DNA of 64,000 nt from Lobosporangium transversale (Eukaryota): positions 62,001 to 126,000 of the forward strand of contig NW_019029004.1 of the NCBI RefSeq assembly GCF_002105155.1, read 5' to 3'. A program made the translations under genes and the position numbers. The notes under the pieces are model-generated. The model ran no database searches. It saw nothing but the letters and a program-made list of their open reading frames with translations, and was not told where the DNA came from. This document shows, one piece after another, positions 20,794-33,763 of this stretch. Positions within the stretch are counted from its first letter, which is position 1, and every line of letters begins with the position of its first letter.

Positions 20794-23700
20794 TTAAGTT
20801 ATCGTCGTCGCATGACTTCTTGATTGTGGTCGATACCATTGGCCAGGTGGCGGTACCGGTGGCAGATCAAGCAGCTTCACAGATCCGGCGCTATCTTTCG
20901 GAGGCCCAAAACCCCTAGTGTGCTTGCTCTCATCCCTGTTCTTTTCATTCTTCGAGTCTGCTTTGAACCATAGCAAATTTGGATTCAATTGTTCTGAAAA
21001 ATCGAATTTACTTCGAGCCTTTGGAGGCTGATCCCTTGACCATGTTTCTACACCCACCTTGAGTAGTGGTATCTTGGTTGAGCGACCTGGCCTCTCTTCA
21101 ATATCAGGCGTCATGTCAGGGACATAGCCATCATGATCATCATCGAAGTAGTTAGGATATTCATGTCTGTTTACATCCTTATCGATGTCGCGATTATAGT
21201 TGACAAATACAGCGTCTAGGCCTCCCATAATCTCCTTGTCAATGTCGTCATCTGATAATGAACGAGGGTAAGAGTGGGCTGAATCTTTAGGAGCAGAGGG
21301 AAAGGGGCTTGGCAATGGTTGGTATGAGGCTGTAGTTGTTCTCCATTTTTCGTTCTTGTTGGACACAGCTGAGTTACTTTTCATTGACAGTCGAGGCGGT
21401 TTGTTGCGGTTGGCCCCAACTGGAGAGTTACCCAAACTGTTAAAGTCCCTGTCACGACCACTATATACCTCATTATCGCCATCATCATCGTCCTCACTAT
21501 CACTAATCAAGAGTCTACGTCTGTGGCCAGTATTTTGACCGCTAATACTTTGGCGGCCTTGGGCATGGAGATGCTCAATATCCTCATCGTCGACTGTGGA
21601 TGACATGTAAAGATGACTCTTTGATAACTGGTTTCTCATGTCATCTCCCTTTGTAGCCTTTGATGACATCTTCCCTCTAAACCGAGAGACTACGTCCGGT
21701 ATTGAATCACTGGCTCCAAGTCCAGACGGACCCCATCGATCAATAAGTGCTTGCATTCGTCTTGAATACGGGTCTACATCATCTTCCCCGGTAGGAAGGC
21801 CCACCATGGCGGCTGATAGGGATTGTCCAACCCTCGCTTTCGCAATTCGTTTAGCAGATTCTACGAAATCAATCGTGCGACTAGAATGTCCAATTTTGTA
21901 CGTACGGTCTAACGTTGTTGCTGCTTTTTTCATCTCACCCCTCAAAAGACTAGTGCAGGCGCTTTTAAATGTAATTTTTCGGATTTCGCGCTTCGGTATC
22001 CGGTATGTTTGTTGAAACCGAGCTGTCTCTTGTGAATCCAAAAATGCGCTCTGAAGTTTAGGGCCGCTTATTTGAACTGAGTTATCCTCTCCTAGTTTTC
22101 TGCGCTTTCGAACCGTAGTAGGCGTGACATAGGCTGGAACATTGATGTGAACTAAATCGCATGTCGGAGGTGGACCTTGTGGTAATATTCTGGGTGAAGA
22201 AGAATAGTACTGAATGGTAGTTCCTTGTGAGATGGCGCGTTGTACAGTTTTATATGAAGTTTGGGACCTGCGGTACTTTTGCTCCTCCTGTCCTTCAGCG
22301 AGTAAGAGGCAGATCTTACCCTTGCGTTTCCTTCCTGTACGACCCATTCTTTGTAACTAAAATAAATAAATAAATAAATAATATTCAGGGAATAAGTAGC
22401 GGACGACAAATAATAATATTAATAATAAAAAATAACATTCTCCATAAGCCAAAAAAGTGCAGACTTTAGAGCTTACCATGCGGATGGGAGATGAATGACT
22501 ATCATAACAGACAATAAGGTCTACGTCTCCGATATCTAATCCTTCTTCTCCAATCGAGGTTGCAACAAGAACATTATGGTTGCCTTTTTGAAAATCAGCA
22601 ACAACCTAAATGAGAAAAGTGAATGAGCTTTATACATTGGTCTATGGATGCACTCCAAATTGGAAAAAAAAAAAAAAGAGACCCACTAACCTTTTGCTGT
22701 TCTTTTTGTGAAATACCCTTCTTGCCTTTAGCTGTCGCTTGCCCAATGAAGCTCTGGACCTTAATGAGTGGGCGATGATGCTCCAAAACGCGACTGATCT
22801 CTTCTACAGACTCACGATAGTTCGCAAATATCATAACTCTGGTCTGAGGAAGAGGGCCGTCCTCACTGACACCGGTGCTAGATGACGCTGCTGATTCCGC
22901 TCTGGCCTGTATGAGTATATCCTGCTCATCCTGATGATCAATAAAATGTTGTACGACTATCCCAACCAACCTTTCCAACTTTGGATGGCTCACAAAGCTT
23001 GATTGTTTCATCTTGATACGGATACTGTCCATCATTCGAATAAAGTCGGGGATTTCCATCATGGCTTTTCGAGCAAGCGAAGGTCTATTGTCGTCGTCGT
23101 TGTAATCGATATCATATTCACCTCGTCTTTTCTTTGATCCTGAAACGTTTTTATTTGTAGCGTTATGGTTGCTGCTATTGGTAAATGGGTCCATGTTGAC
23201 AAAGAAGGGCTTAATGCCATGAATGGTGAGCAATTCATAAGCATGTACCAAGCCCATGCATATTCCAACTTGTTTTTGAACATAGGCTTTTCGTGCATTG
23301 TTCCCTGGATTGTTCATCACAAACGCGTCTCTCCCTTGAAGGAGCACGAAGCGTGTCAATTGGCTGGGATCCGCAGTTCGAATGACGTTTTGCTTGACAA
23401 GACTGTCCAAGAATGGTCTCATCATCCTGAAAAACTTATCCCTAATCTCTCCAACTTCTTTACCACACGGAACAATCATCTCTTGGACAGAACGTTTGAA
23501 TACGTACTGCTGCAAGTCCATCGAGTCCTCTGTTCGTAACTCGATTTTTGCGATTTTTAGGTTTCTGACGACTGTTTGTACCGTTTTGATATCACTTCCA
23601 GGGGTTGCAGTCAGCGCCAGGATGCGTACATCTCTATTCAAAGGCTCCAGCTGCCGAATCACCTCTGAATAAGCATAACGGCCTGTGGCGCGATGAGCTT

Positions 23701-24919
23701 CATCCACTACTAGACATACAATATCTTCTGCGGGGCAGATACCAGATTTGAGGTCATTTTGAAGCACTTGCGGTGTACAATAGATGACCCTTTTTATCTG
23801 CCACATCTCTTTTCGAATCTCTGCGTTTTGTTGACCTGTCATCTCCACAGTAACATCCTGAGGAATTCCACAAACATTAAAGCAGGCTTCGATCTGTTGA
23901 TTGACTAAAGGCTTTGTTGGTGCCATGAAAATAATTTTAGATTTAGGAAACCATCGAAAATAATTGAGCATTACGACTGCTGCAATAAATGTTTTCCCAA
24001 GACCCGTTGGAAGCGAAACCAATGTATTTGTGAAGAGCGCACGGCGAATGATGTTGTACTGATAGTCACGCCTTGGGTAGTTGACCGGGTATTGCCAAGT
24101 AAGAGCAGCACGTTTGTCGATTAAGTGATGTGTTGCAGGCTGATCCGGCTGCGTCCGTGCTTCTGGACTACGGAAGATATCCTCTGCAAAATCGTTCAGT
24201 GGGTCAGACCGGGGAAGGACGTTGGGAGGTAGTTGTGCTGTAGGTAGTGAGTTGGAAGTGGAAGCAGAAGTGGGTGAAGAACTAGTTGAAGCGTCACTGT
24301 TTAAGAAGTATGAAGAAACGTTTGAACTGGATCCTTGTCTATTGAATCCGTGTAAACTGTTGTTCGTGCTTGTCTGCGCTTTCTGCAAAACTGGGGTGTT
24401 TGAATTTGTGTTGGTTCGATTCTCTGCGCCACCAAAAATTGAAAAAAACCTTACTGGTTGTTGCTGTTGTGGAGGAATAGGCGCTCGCACCTGTTGTATT
24501 GATGGTGAAATAAATGAGGTATTTGATCCTGTTTTAGGAGCCGAAGATATTGATGAGGATGAAGTATCGTCCAAGAGGTCATTGTCAAGCAGAAGATCAG
24601 TATCTTGTAGATCGCCAAACTCTGCAAAGTCATCCTGTTCGGCCTGAGTAGTTGTCGTCACAGTGGGAGTGTTTTTGAAATAGTGAGCAATACTGGGGTT
24701 ATTTTGATTCGAGACAGGGAAGTTCTTTTTGGAGGATACCGTAGAGTTCGGTTTAAGGTCCTTTTGATTTCGCACATGCATTACGTTTGTTGCTGGACCA
24801 GAGACGTGAGCATCATTCTGGTTGCTTGTTTCTTCCAGCAAGGCTCTCTCTTCACGGTCTAGCTCAAGTACATCCAGATCTATGTCAAAGTCAAAGTCAT
24901 CGTCAGTTGTGAGTGCCAT
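20794..24919 (-). CDS. MPH1: FANCM/Mph1 DEAH-box DNA helicase; exons 24919-22691, 22605-22477, 22356-20794
   Basis: [63 protein letters not shown]. Confidence 0.95.
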
Positions 24920-25100
24920 GGTGGTTTTTTGCTCCGGGTTTAGCACTGAATGACCAGAGTAGCTTTATTGTATTTATGAAAGAGACAAGGACAAATCATA
25001 CATGCATTCAACTTCTTAGAGTGAATGAACGAACTTTTTTAAAAAAATGTACTTTATTTGACTGTCTTTTCAGTTTTCACAAATGATGAGACAAAGTCGT

Positions 25101-25696
25101 TCAAAGTTCTTTGGTCATTTCGTAAATCAAGTCTGCGGGCTAATAAAAAAAAAAAAAAAAAAAACCAGCTTAGTTCATGCATTCTAATGACGAGATTTGA
25201 AGGTTACGCAATGGCAAATGTCTAATACAGCAACAGATATAATACTTACACGGCACACCTTAGCCTTTTTGGCAGCCCAATTGACCACAATCGGACGCTC
25301 CATCATGGCAGGATTTTCAGCAACGATTTCCTTTGCCTCCTCAATAGTAGTCGCATTGGGCGCGTCCTTCCTCAAGAAGGACTTTACGACCTTAGCGGTC
25401 TCCTCGTCTGAGCCTTGACCAGCTCCTAGAAAAGTCAGAACCTGCTCCACTTGTTCTGGAGTAAGCGGGTTATACTTGAATTCGATTTCCTCGAGTTGAA
25501 ACCCCTTCTTCTTCGCTTCTTCCTCCAAGAGAGGAATAGCTTTTCCGCAGGTTCCACAGAGGGAGTTATGGTAGACAGTCAGAGATAGGGTCATTGAAAT
25601 GGGTTTTGCGGATTGATGAGACAGCGAAGACAAGGAAAGAGAACGGATTGAGCGTGAGAACCTCAGAGCTCCTCTGAATGCTGATAAGGTTGCCAT
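25101..25696 (-). CDS. ArsC/Spx-type thioredoxin-fold protein with putative mitochondrial presequence; exons 25696-25250, 25139-25101
   Basis: VYHNSLCGTC, FLRK, ERPIVV and spliced KVCR|PADLI; Arg/Ser-rich, acid-free N-terminus. Confidence 0.8.
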
Positions 25697-25990
25697 CTTG
25701 ACCTGAACAAAAAAAAAAAAAAAAAAAAAAAAAAAACCAGCCACAGGGTTCAAAAAGGTGATTTTACTCTGCCAAGCCTAAAGTCGTGGCAAAATTAAAC
25801 CGAAGTTGTCTCAGAAATGACATCAATAAATATCTGTAAGAAAAAAACGACTTTTGGACTTTCAGCATTTAAACTCTTTCTCTCTCTCTCTCTCTTGCTT
25901 CCTCTCTTGCTTTCTTTTGTTCTTTCATTCTTTCATTCTCACTTCATCTTAATAATCTTTGATATATTTTCCTCTGCTCTCCAAAAAAAC

Positions 25991-26770
25991 ATGTTCAGTT
26001 GGCTCAACTCACCTCAGCTACCAGAAACAATCGAGACCCAGGCATTCCGTTCAATTTCTGGGGGTCCTATCCTTCGGATCAACGCTATCAATGATCGCAC
26101 ACACAAAATGAAGCTCATCCCATGGGAAGACATCCTCGAAGTCTTCCCGAACGCTATCTATCTTCGAGATGCTAACGGCATTGTTATGCCTGCAAGAGAC
26201 TTATCCCTCAAAAGGTATATATTATGAATCAGCATCGATTTATATGTTCACTACCTCGCTTTCCTAGTTCTTATTCAAAGAAATATTCATATTGTCCTTC
26301 TTAGGATTACTCCTCGATCCATCAAACTACAAGCGGATGTCGTTCTAGAAGTTGTCTCAACGCAGGATCCCCCGCCTACTTCTTCAAGGCCTCAAAACAT
26401 TACAAAGACAACCGACATTATTGATTCACAATCAGCAGGAAAAGACGTAGCAACATCACTATCATCACAAGTGAATGATCATGCCACAGAATCACAGTAT
26501 GCTCAAACTAGGACATCTACATCATCAACAGTAGCATCAGATAGGCGTAGTTCAGACAAAATACAACAGCAGCAAAAGGATGAAGACCAGCTGGACTGGA
26601 CACCATTCCAAGCAAACACTCTGCCTTTTCAAAAAAATACATCCACATTGCTATCAGAACAAAGTCAACTTATACGGCAGGAGGTGATCCATTGGATGCA
26701 GCTGCTATCTGCAGAACAAGAAGAAAGATTGGAGGTTATGTTGAAGGCGCTTCGTAGACCTGCTCGGTAA
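25991..26770 (+). CDS. Hypothetical protein with an N-terminal header-like domain; exons 25991-26214, 26305-26770
   Basis: Frame-preserving GT-AG intron joins QAFR...IPWEDILEVFPNA...RDLSLKR to ITPRSIKLQADVVLEVV. Confidence 0.7.
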
Positions 26771-27007
26771 TCTTTGAATATTTTTCTCGGTCTCTCAACT
26801 CTGCATAATAAAGATTTGAATCCGGTACATCTCAAAAATCTATTTGAAATGCAATATGTATTTATTTTTATTTTTATTAACTAACAAACAAAGAAAAAAT
26901 AATGCCTGGTTTAATGCAGAAACAAAGTTATGATCTATTCAGTATGGAATGAGGATAAAAAAAGTATAATTCTTGGTAGGGTCGATTTTTTTTTTTTTTT
27001 TTTTTTT

Positions 27008-30000
27008 TTACAAATGAATAATCTCGACTGCATAATCGGGAATGCCTTCACCACCCTCCCATTTACGTCTCCTCCTCTTGTCTGTTGAGACACCACCTGC
27101 TGCTGTGATAATACCATGATTTCCTGATGAAGCAAATCCAGCAACAGAAAACTCTTTTTTACGACGAATCATCTCCTTGTGCTTACGATCAAACAGCCCC
27201 AACGGTCCACGCAAGGCCTTCTCAAGCTCGTTCGATATTTGAGTCTCACGCTGCATGGATGTTTGAATGGACTTGAGAACAGGATGAAGATGAGCCGATA
27301 AAATCAACAGCGGGAAATGAACATCCATGATCATAGTTGTAAAGTCCACAATCTTTTATATATAAAAAAAAAAAAAAAAAAAAAAAAAAAGAGTTAGATC
27401 AGTTATTTCATGGCGTTGTACCACGTTGATTCTTTCCTCTTTTTCTCCTTCTTACTATTCCATATCCGGGAAGTCCTCCTGGAAGCTGCTTCTTGTCCGC
27501 ACGCTGGTTTTGATGACCGATGCCTCCACGCACATCCCAGATATCGATCCAGCCCTTCAAGATCTCAAGAACAACTGTAAGCTCTTCTACAGTCAGCTTT
27601 TTAAGCGCCTGCTGCATAAAGATCTCATTCCTTGGTGCAGTCATAATCAAATTCAAGAAGTAGGGAATATCCGGTATTGATGTTGAAGTAATTTTTGATT
27701 TTGTTGTTGTTGACGATGACAACGATTGCGATACTACTCCCGATATCCCTGTTGCATTCTGAGATCTTGCAGATGTTGAGATGGATGTCTTTCTATTCAG
27801 GCTAATAACCTGCTTCAACATCACAATCATATCCCCTTCGGGGATATCATACAACTTCTTGAACGCAAGCTCCAGCAGGTGCCATTGTCCACGCTCCATC
27901 AGATTTAAAGCAATACCAGCCTGGCCTGCTCCAGGATTAGCATTCCCGACCAACTGATGCTCGATCATAAACTTAATTACCTTGCTCGGCCAGAAGCTCA
28001 TGTCGGGCTGACCATTGGGTAAATGAGGGAAACAGTAGCTGATAACTGTGATGACAAAGTGATGGGAGAGTTCTGGAGGAGGAATTGGCGCACGACCAAC
28101 AGCCAAGAGACGGCGCTGCTCATTGTAGTTTTTGATTGCATCCGCCTCAATCTTACGCCATTGTTCGACAGCGTCTCTGTGGGCTTCTAAGCGATGTTCT
28201 TCTTCTAAATCCGCCTTGTACTCAGTTTCATCTTCCTCCTCTTTATTCTCATCGTCTGAACTTAACACAACAACCTGGTTCTCATCATCCTCGTCTGAAG
28301 AAGATTCAGAAGATGATCCATCTTCGTTGGCAGCCTCCTTTGCAACAGGTTTGCTTTTTTTAGTGGATGCCTTGGTGGCCTTCTTTGAACCATCCTTCCC
28401 AGCCTCATTGTCAGCCTTGGTAGCTTCCTTGGAAGCTGCTTTCGCGGCATTAGCCTCCTTTTTCTTCAGCTTCTTCCTCGCAGCTTTATCGAGTTGGATG
28501 GTCACTGCATTATCCTTGACAGCTGGTTCATTATCAACTTCCATCTTTTGATCGCTATCATCTTTTTTCTGGTTTGATTGCTGTTGCTGCAACAGCTTTT
28601 TGGTTTCTGCTTTCCGCCTCTTTGTCGCCTCGACAGCCTCTTTGACTTCGTCAGCACTGACACCATGTCGCTTCAGAACATCATCCCTAGCTGCAGCCGT
28701 CTGTTGGTCCATATACTTGAAGAAGACTTCCTCAAATGCCTGCGCATCTCCTGCATGTGATTTTGACGCCAGTGCCTCCAGAACCTTTTTCTCTTCCATT
28801 TGAGCTGCTTCAAATTGCTTTTCAAATTCATCCTTGCCCTTTGTCAAGTCACTGCCCTTGACAATGGCATTGGTATCGGAAGGAACGAGGAGCGATGTGG
28901 TTGTAGATGTGTAGGCATCCTGTGCGATGGCTCCTGATTGTCCAAGAAAGGGGGTCGTATCCTTCATCCTGCCCATAGCACCGAGAAGCGACATTGGTTC
29001 TGCATAAAAATGACAGAGATAAACATCGGATTTCACAGTGGTATTGATTGTTGTGGATATAGTAATGACAAGGACAGATCCCGGAAGAAGGGCCAGCTGA
29101 CAAGTAGAATTTTGAAGACTGAATACTCCAGGAAAAAGGTGTTTTGCTTGAAGAGTTCCGTACTGAATATCCCAAATAGTTAATACCAGTTCCGGTTTGT
29201 CTAAGACATTATAAATAGTAGATGATTGTATACCTCTCTGCGTTGGTACTCTGGATCGACAATGACTAAGAGACTATTTGATGAAATACGTCCAACCAGC
29301 CTTAATTAAACGGATGCATGACTACTTACCATTGTTATTATGAATTCCAGCAACTGCGAGGTAATTGTCACCGAGAGCGATGGTATCGACACTCTGCAAC
29401 AATGGGTCAACCCCCGTTCTGGCAGTAGATATAGCTGCATACCCAGGAAGGGGTAGTGTCAAAGTTTCTATGGCACTTAAAGTATGGTCTACTTGATCCA
29501 CTGCAACTTGATAGATTTTTAGTTCACCCGAGGCAGCTATTGAGTAGATAACAGAGTGATGTAGTGAGTGATAAAGCGTATAAAAAAAAAGATAAGAAAG
29601 CATGGCACAGTGAAATGCGAGTACTATTCAGTAACTCCAGGCGCTACATTGTATTTCATAAAACGTACTCAAGAAAGAGAACTGTCCTGTTACGGCGTCA
29701 AAAGCGAAGCTTGGGGATCCAGTAGTAGACTTCAATTCTACTTGACCGAACTCAGTAAATCCACGTTGTTCCTTATTGACATAGGACAATGTTATAACCA
29801 TTGTTTCTACAGAAGGCTCTACAACAGTCATGACGATCAGAGTCTCGCGAGGCAACGAACTTGTGGGAATCCAGGAACCAGTTGTATTATAAGTGGTCGC
29901 CCAGAGTACTGTATTTGATCGATCCTGAGTACTTTTGTCCTTTTTATCTTTCTTATTGGCCTTTGCTCCAGGTGCACTGTGAACTTTACTGCTACTAACT

Positions 30001-30850
30001 ATTCGTTTCATATCCTCAGTAACGAGCACCAGACTACCGTCCTTATTTACTAACACGGCGTGATTAGGGAGCAATGATGACACGAACAATTGATAGATCT
30101 CACTTTCAAACTATCGGATAACAAAAGAGTTGAAAGAGCAAATTTAGTTTGCTGGGATTAGTAACTATGTAATAAAGGCCATTGGTTGATGAAGAGTGAA
30201 AAAAAAAAAAAAAAAAAAAAATTATAAAAAAAACTACATTTTCATACCTTATGGACCGTCTTACGAGCACTCGAAGGCTTTCTAACGCTTTCTATGACAT
30301 CGTTGTTGTTGAGGATTGAGGGATCTGAAGCAGTTGAGGTTTCATCCACCCACCTCCAAACGACTTTGCCTTCCTCCTTTGTGGGGACATCTGTGCCCTT
30401 GGCAATGACAGCATAGACATGACGAAGCTTTCCGGATTTTTGGATTGTTTGAGCCGATCCTGTAAATGAGTATCCAGGCGCTGCGGAATAAGAGAAAACA
30501 CATTTCTGATCCGCTGTCTATAAAATCAGTCCACCAAATTCATATCCAAGTCAGTTGATGATCTTTTTTTTTGTTTCTCTTTTACAATTTGTAGATCAGC
30601 TTCTAGTCGATTTTCCGTTTATTTCTACAGATCCCAAGCCTGAAAAGCAGAGGAAACATACATTGAAGAGCTGAACACCTTCGCCCTGCACGGCCACTGC
30701 AAGCAAACAGGAGCCATGCTCCTCCTCCGATTTGACTTGTACAACGTTTCTTTGCTCAGGTGTGCAATGGACTGCCTGGAGTTTTTGGTGCCGATGTGAA
30801 GTCGAAGAGTAGCTGGTAAGCAAGAATGGATCGTCGACAGAGACAGGCAT
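27008..30850 (-). CDS. Multi-exon protein, probably a Utp8/NOL11-like nucleolar SSU-processome component
   Basis: Chain of minus-strand ORFs separated by introns; N-terminus MPVSVDDPFLLTSY, beta-rich region, acidic/basic low-complexity middle, C-terminus YAVEIIHL; family call is by resemblance only. Confidence 0.55.
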
Positions 30851-31888
30851 AGCGATGAATGGATTGCAGTCGAGTAATAACAATAAAAAAAAATGAAATA
30901 AAAAAATTGCAAGGATGTGTCCAGTCCAGTTCTGCCTATGGAAGTAAACTCAGAATGCAACCATGTAGAGCATTGACAAAAAAAAAAAAAAAGGCAGGTA
31001 AGCTTGTATAAACAAGTCAAGCCACAAACCCAAAGTGTGACTTCGAATGTCTAATTGTTAAATGACAGCGAATGTGGACGTCGAACCTTGTGAAATGTCA
31101 CACCAATTTAATTGCATAGGCCATTGATCAATGGTAGTATCAACTGTACGTGCTGAGGAGTGAAAGACGAGTTCAAGAGAGCTGGCAATCTCTACCTTTC
31201 TTTTTATGTGCATTAGATTTGATGGCAAATATGTTGCTGACGCTAAATATTGGCGTCAAGGATAGGGGAAGTCCATCCTTAAAAGTAGTTGAAGGAAAGT
31301 GCTCTCTTATCCGAGTTCATTATTGGATCATAGACAGGTCTCTCTCACTTCAATGAATTGCCTCAGGCACATACAGTAGCACGTTCCTAAATCGATCGGA
31401 TCAAATTAGATCCGATCATTTCTTCAAACAACAGACTCAGAATTTAGCCAACAATTTGACCCTTGTTCTTCGTTGCAATGTTCTCACATACAGTCTAACA
31501 CAATTCAAATATCCATTACAACTAATTATCTTAACTGCAAACTACAAATTTCCAGAATATCCGGTTATACGGTCTCCAACATCGCGCGAGGGTTCTAGTT
31601 CCTAACGACTTTCACGTGATTCTTCCTTTTCTGACCTGTCTTCGTCACTACCTTTGGTTTCCCAGAGAGATCCGCTTGCCAACAGAAATTTCCGAGACTT
31701 TTACCATTAGTCTCTAGGCCAGCTTCTACCTGCTGCTGATTACTTGTTTACAAAGCGCAGGGAGTTGGCGCGGATACCGGTCAGGCAAATTTCACAAGGC
31801 TACTCATTCGCAGACATTTTTCATAAGAAGTCCCCAGGCTTTCAGTAACCAATGTCGAAGCTGCTGAGAGTGATACTGAGAACGAAGC

Positions 31889-32128
31889 CGTTTTTGGTGG
31901 CGTAAAAAACCACTTTTCGGTGGCGTGGGAAAGTCGTTTTTGCCACCAGCGGCGTAGCAAAATATAATGATCGCGTCGTTGCCACCGGTGGCGTAAAGGC
32001 TTTTGCCACTGTTACCGTAAGGACTTGCCACTGGTGGCGCAAAGGCCATTGCCACCAACAGCGTGGCGAAGTATATAGTCGCGTATTATTAACCCTAATG
32101 AACGCGTCGTTTGCCACCAACAGCGTGA
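31889..32128. repeat. Degenerate ~23 bp minisatellite with self-complementary core TGCCACCGGTGGCGTA
   Basis: Cores at 31941, 31980, 32004, 32026, 32050, 32113; half-cores ggtggcgt at 31896 and 31919. Confidence 0.7.
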
Positions 32129-32160
32129 CTAAATATACGGGACTTCCTGGTATCCGTGTA

Positions 32161-33763
32161 CAGTGGTCATCAAAAGTCATTCAATGATTTTGAATTTTTA
32201 ACATTCTCATTCCTTTTCTTCATTCTCATCTAGCATGTGGCTAGTATATTTGGGGTAGTGCATTTGTTCCCCACACCTCATGATTACTTTCAAGTCTCAT
32301 TCCTAATTATGACTTCATTGTGAAATAAAACCAATTTCAATTTGACCTGCCTATTGAATGACTTCTGCTGAATTTCAATGTTGATTGCAAAAAAAATTTT
32401 TTCACTTCTCTTTTTTCTACCAAGATTACCTTCAGCTATATCTTCATACACCTCTACTTACAATTAACATTCCACATCGTTTAGTATTTATTATGAGGAC
32501 GCTTTCTATGGAAAAGGTACAAAATGCTCAGGCCTTACTTCGACAAGGGAAGTCTACAAGCGAAGTGGCAAGGCAACTTGGTATCTCTATTTCATCGGCA
32601 ATAAGGATCAGGAGTGACGTCAAGGACAATATTCCTAAACCCAGAATGGGCAGACCCTCATTGGTTTCGCCTGCTACCAAGAGGGTTATTGCACGCGAGG
32701 TTGATACGGGGAAACTTAGATCCATTCTGGCAGTTCAAGAATACATCAGATCGAGCCATGGAGTGCATGTCAGTGTAGAGACTGCCCGACGCTATGTAAA
32801 ATCAGAGGGTTTGAAAAACTATGTCCGCCCATTCAAGCCTAGGCTGACAAAAATGCAGATTGCGAAAAGGAAGAATTTTGCCCTCAACCACCTTGACTGG
32901 ACTGTTGATGACTGGAAGCGAGTGATGTTCTCGGACGAAAAGCTTTTTGAAAGGCTGGGGTCCTTAGGAGGAAGAACACAATATAGGCGACCCGGCCACA
33001 GGACTTTAGAAGATCGAGATGTTAGAGAGAGATCAAGGGGAGCACATAACAAACTTATGTGGTGGGGCTGTATCACTTATCATGGTGTAGGCGATGGTTG
33101 CAGGATCCCTGTCACAGTTGATTCCTCTTTATATGTTGATGTTCTACAAGATTATGTCCTCGGCTCATGGAAGTGGTATGGCCAGGACTCTGAAAAGTTA
33201 ATTTTTCAGCAGGACAATGCAAGTGTTCATACGAGTAGGATGGTTAAAGAGTTCTTAATTAAGTCACACATTACAACTTTGGAGTGGCCTCCAATTTCTC
33301 CTGACCTCAACCCTATCGAGAATGTATGGGCCTACATGGATCATCGGCTCAAGGGATATGAGAAGGTACCAAAGGATCTGGATGAACTATGGGAAAGACT
33401 ACAGGATATCTGGACATCTATTCCACCTGACTTCCTTGATGAGCTATATGAAAGTATGCCACGAAGGGTAGAGGAGCTACATCGCATGAAAGGAGGTCGT
33501 ACACATTACTGAAGAACAGAAAAAAAAACAAATAAAGCAAAGCTCCTGATTTTCTTCAAATGTCATTCAATGAGATGCCAATAATCGGCATTCATCTAAA
33601 TTTTCAATTAGCAACAGGAGCTCATTGACATTGTTGTAGGAGTGACGTTGTCGATGGTCAAACTCGCTACGTAAGTTTCATTAGCGACAAGCAAGATCAA
33701 ATTGGAGAAAGGAATGAGAATGTCGAAATTCCTAATTCACTGAATGACTTTTGATGACCACTG
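32161..33763 (+). mobile_element. Intact Tc1/mariner (DD34E) DNA transposon, 1603 bp
   Basis: Perfect 23 bp outer TIR CAGTGGTCATCAAAAGTCATTCA inside a 56 bp imperfect TIR; TA at 32159-32160 and 33764-33765. Confidence 0.97.
32493..33512 (+). CDS. Tc1-family transposase, 339 aa
   Basis: HTH (SEVARQLGIS), GRP, WKRVMFSDEK, FQQDNASVH, WPPISPDLNPIENVW; 34 residues between second D and E; no stops. Confidence 0.96.
   Translation: MRTLSMEKVQNAQALLRQGKSTSEVARQLGISISSAIRIRSDVKDNIPKPRMGRPSLVSPATKRVIAREVDTGKLRSILAVQEYIRSSHGVHVSVETARRYVKSEGLKNYVRPFKPRLTKMQIAKRKNFALNHLDWTVDDWKRVMFSDEKLFERLGSLGGRTQYRRPGHRTLEDRDVRERSRGAHNKLMWWGCITYHGVGDGCRIPVTVDSSLYVDVLQDYVLGSWKWYGQDSEKLIFQQDNASVHTSRMVKEFLIKSHITTLEWPPISPDLNPIENVWAYMDHRLKGYEKVPKDLDELWERLQDIWTSIPPDFLDELYESMPRRVEELHRMKGGRTHY

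Noticed and set aside
20794..24919. Functional link between MPH1/FANCM (a recombination regulator) and the adjacent recombining array
   Set aside because: Adjacency only; nothing in the sequence supports coupling
31889..32128. CRISPR-like array
   Set aside because: Units are degenerate, spacers are mostly under 10 nt, no cas genes, eukaryotic context
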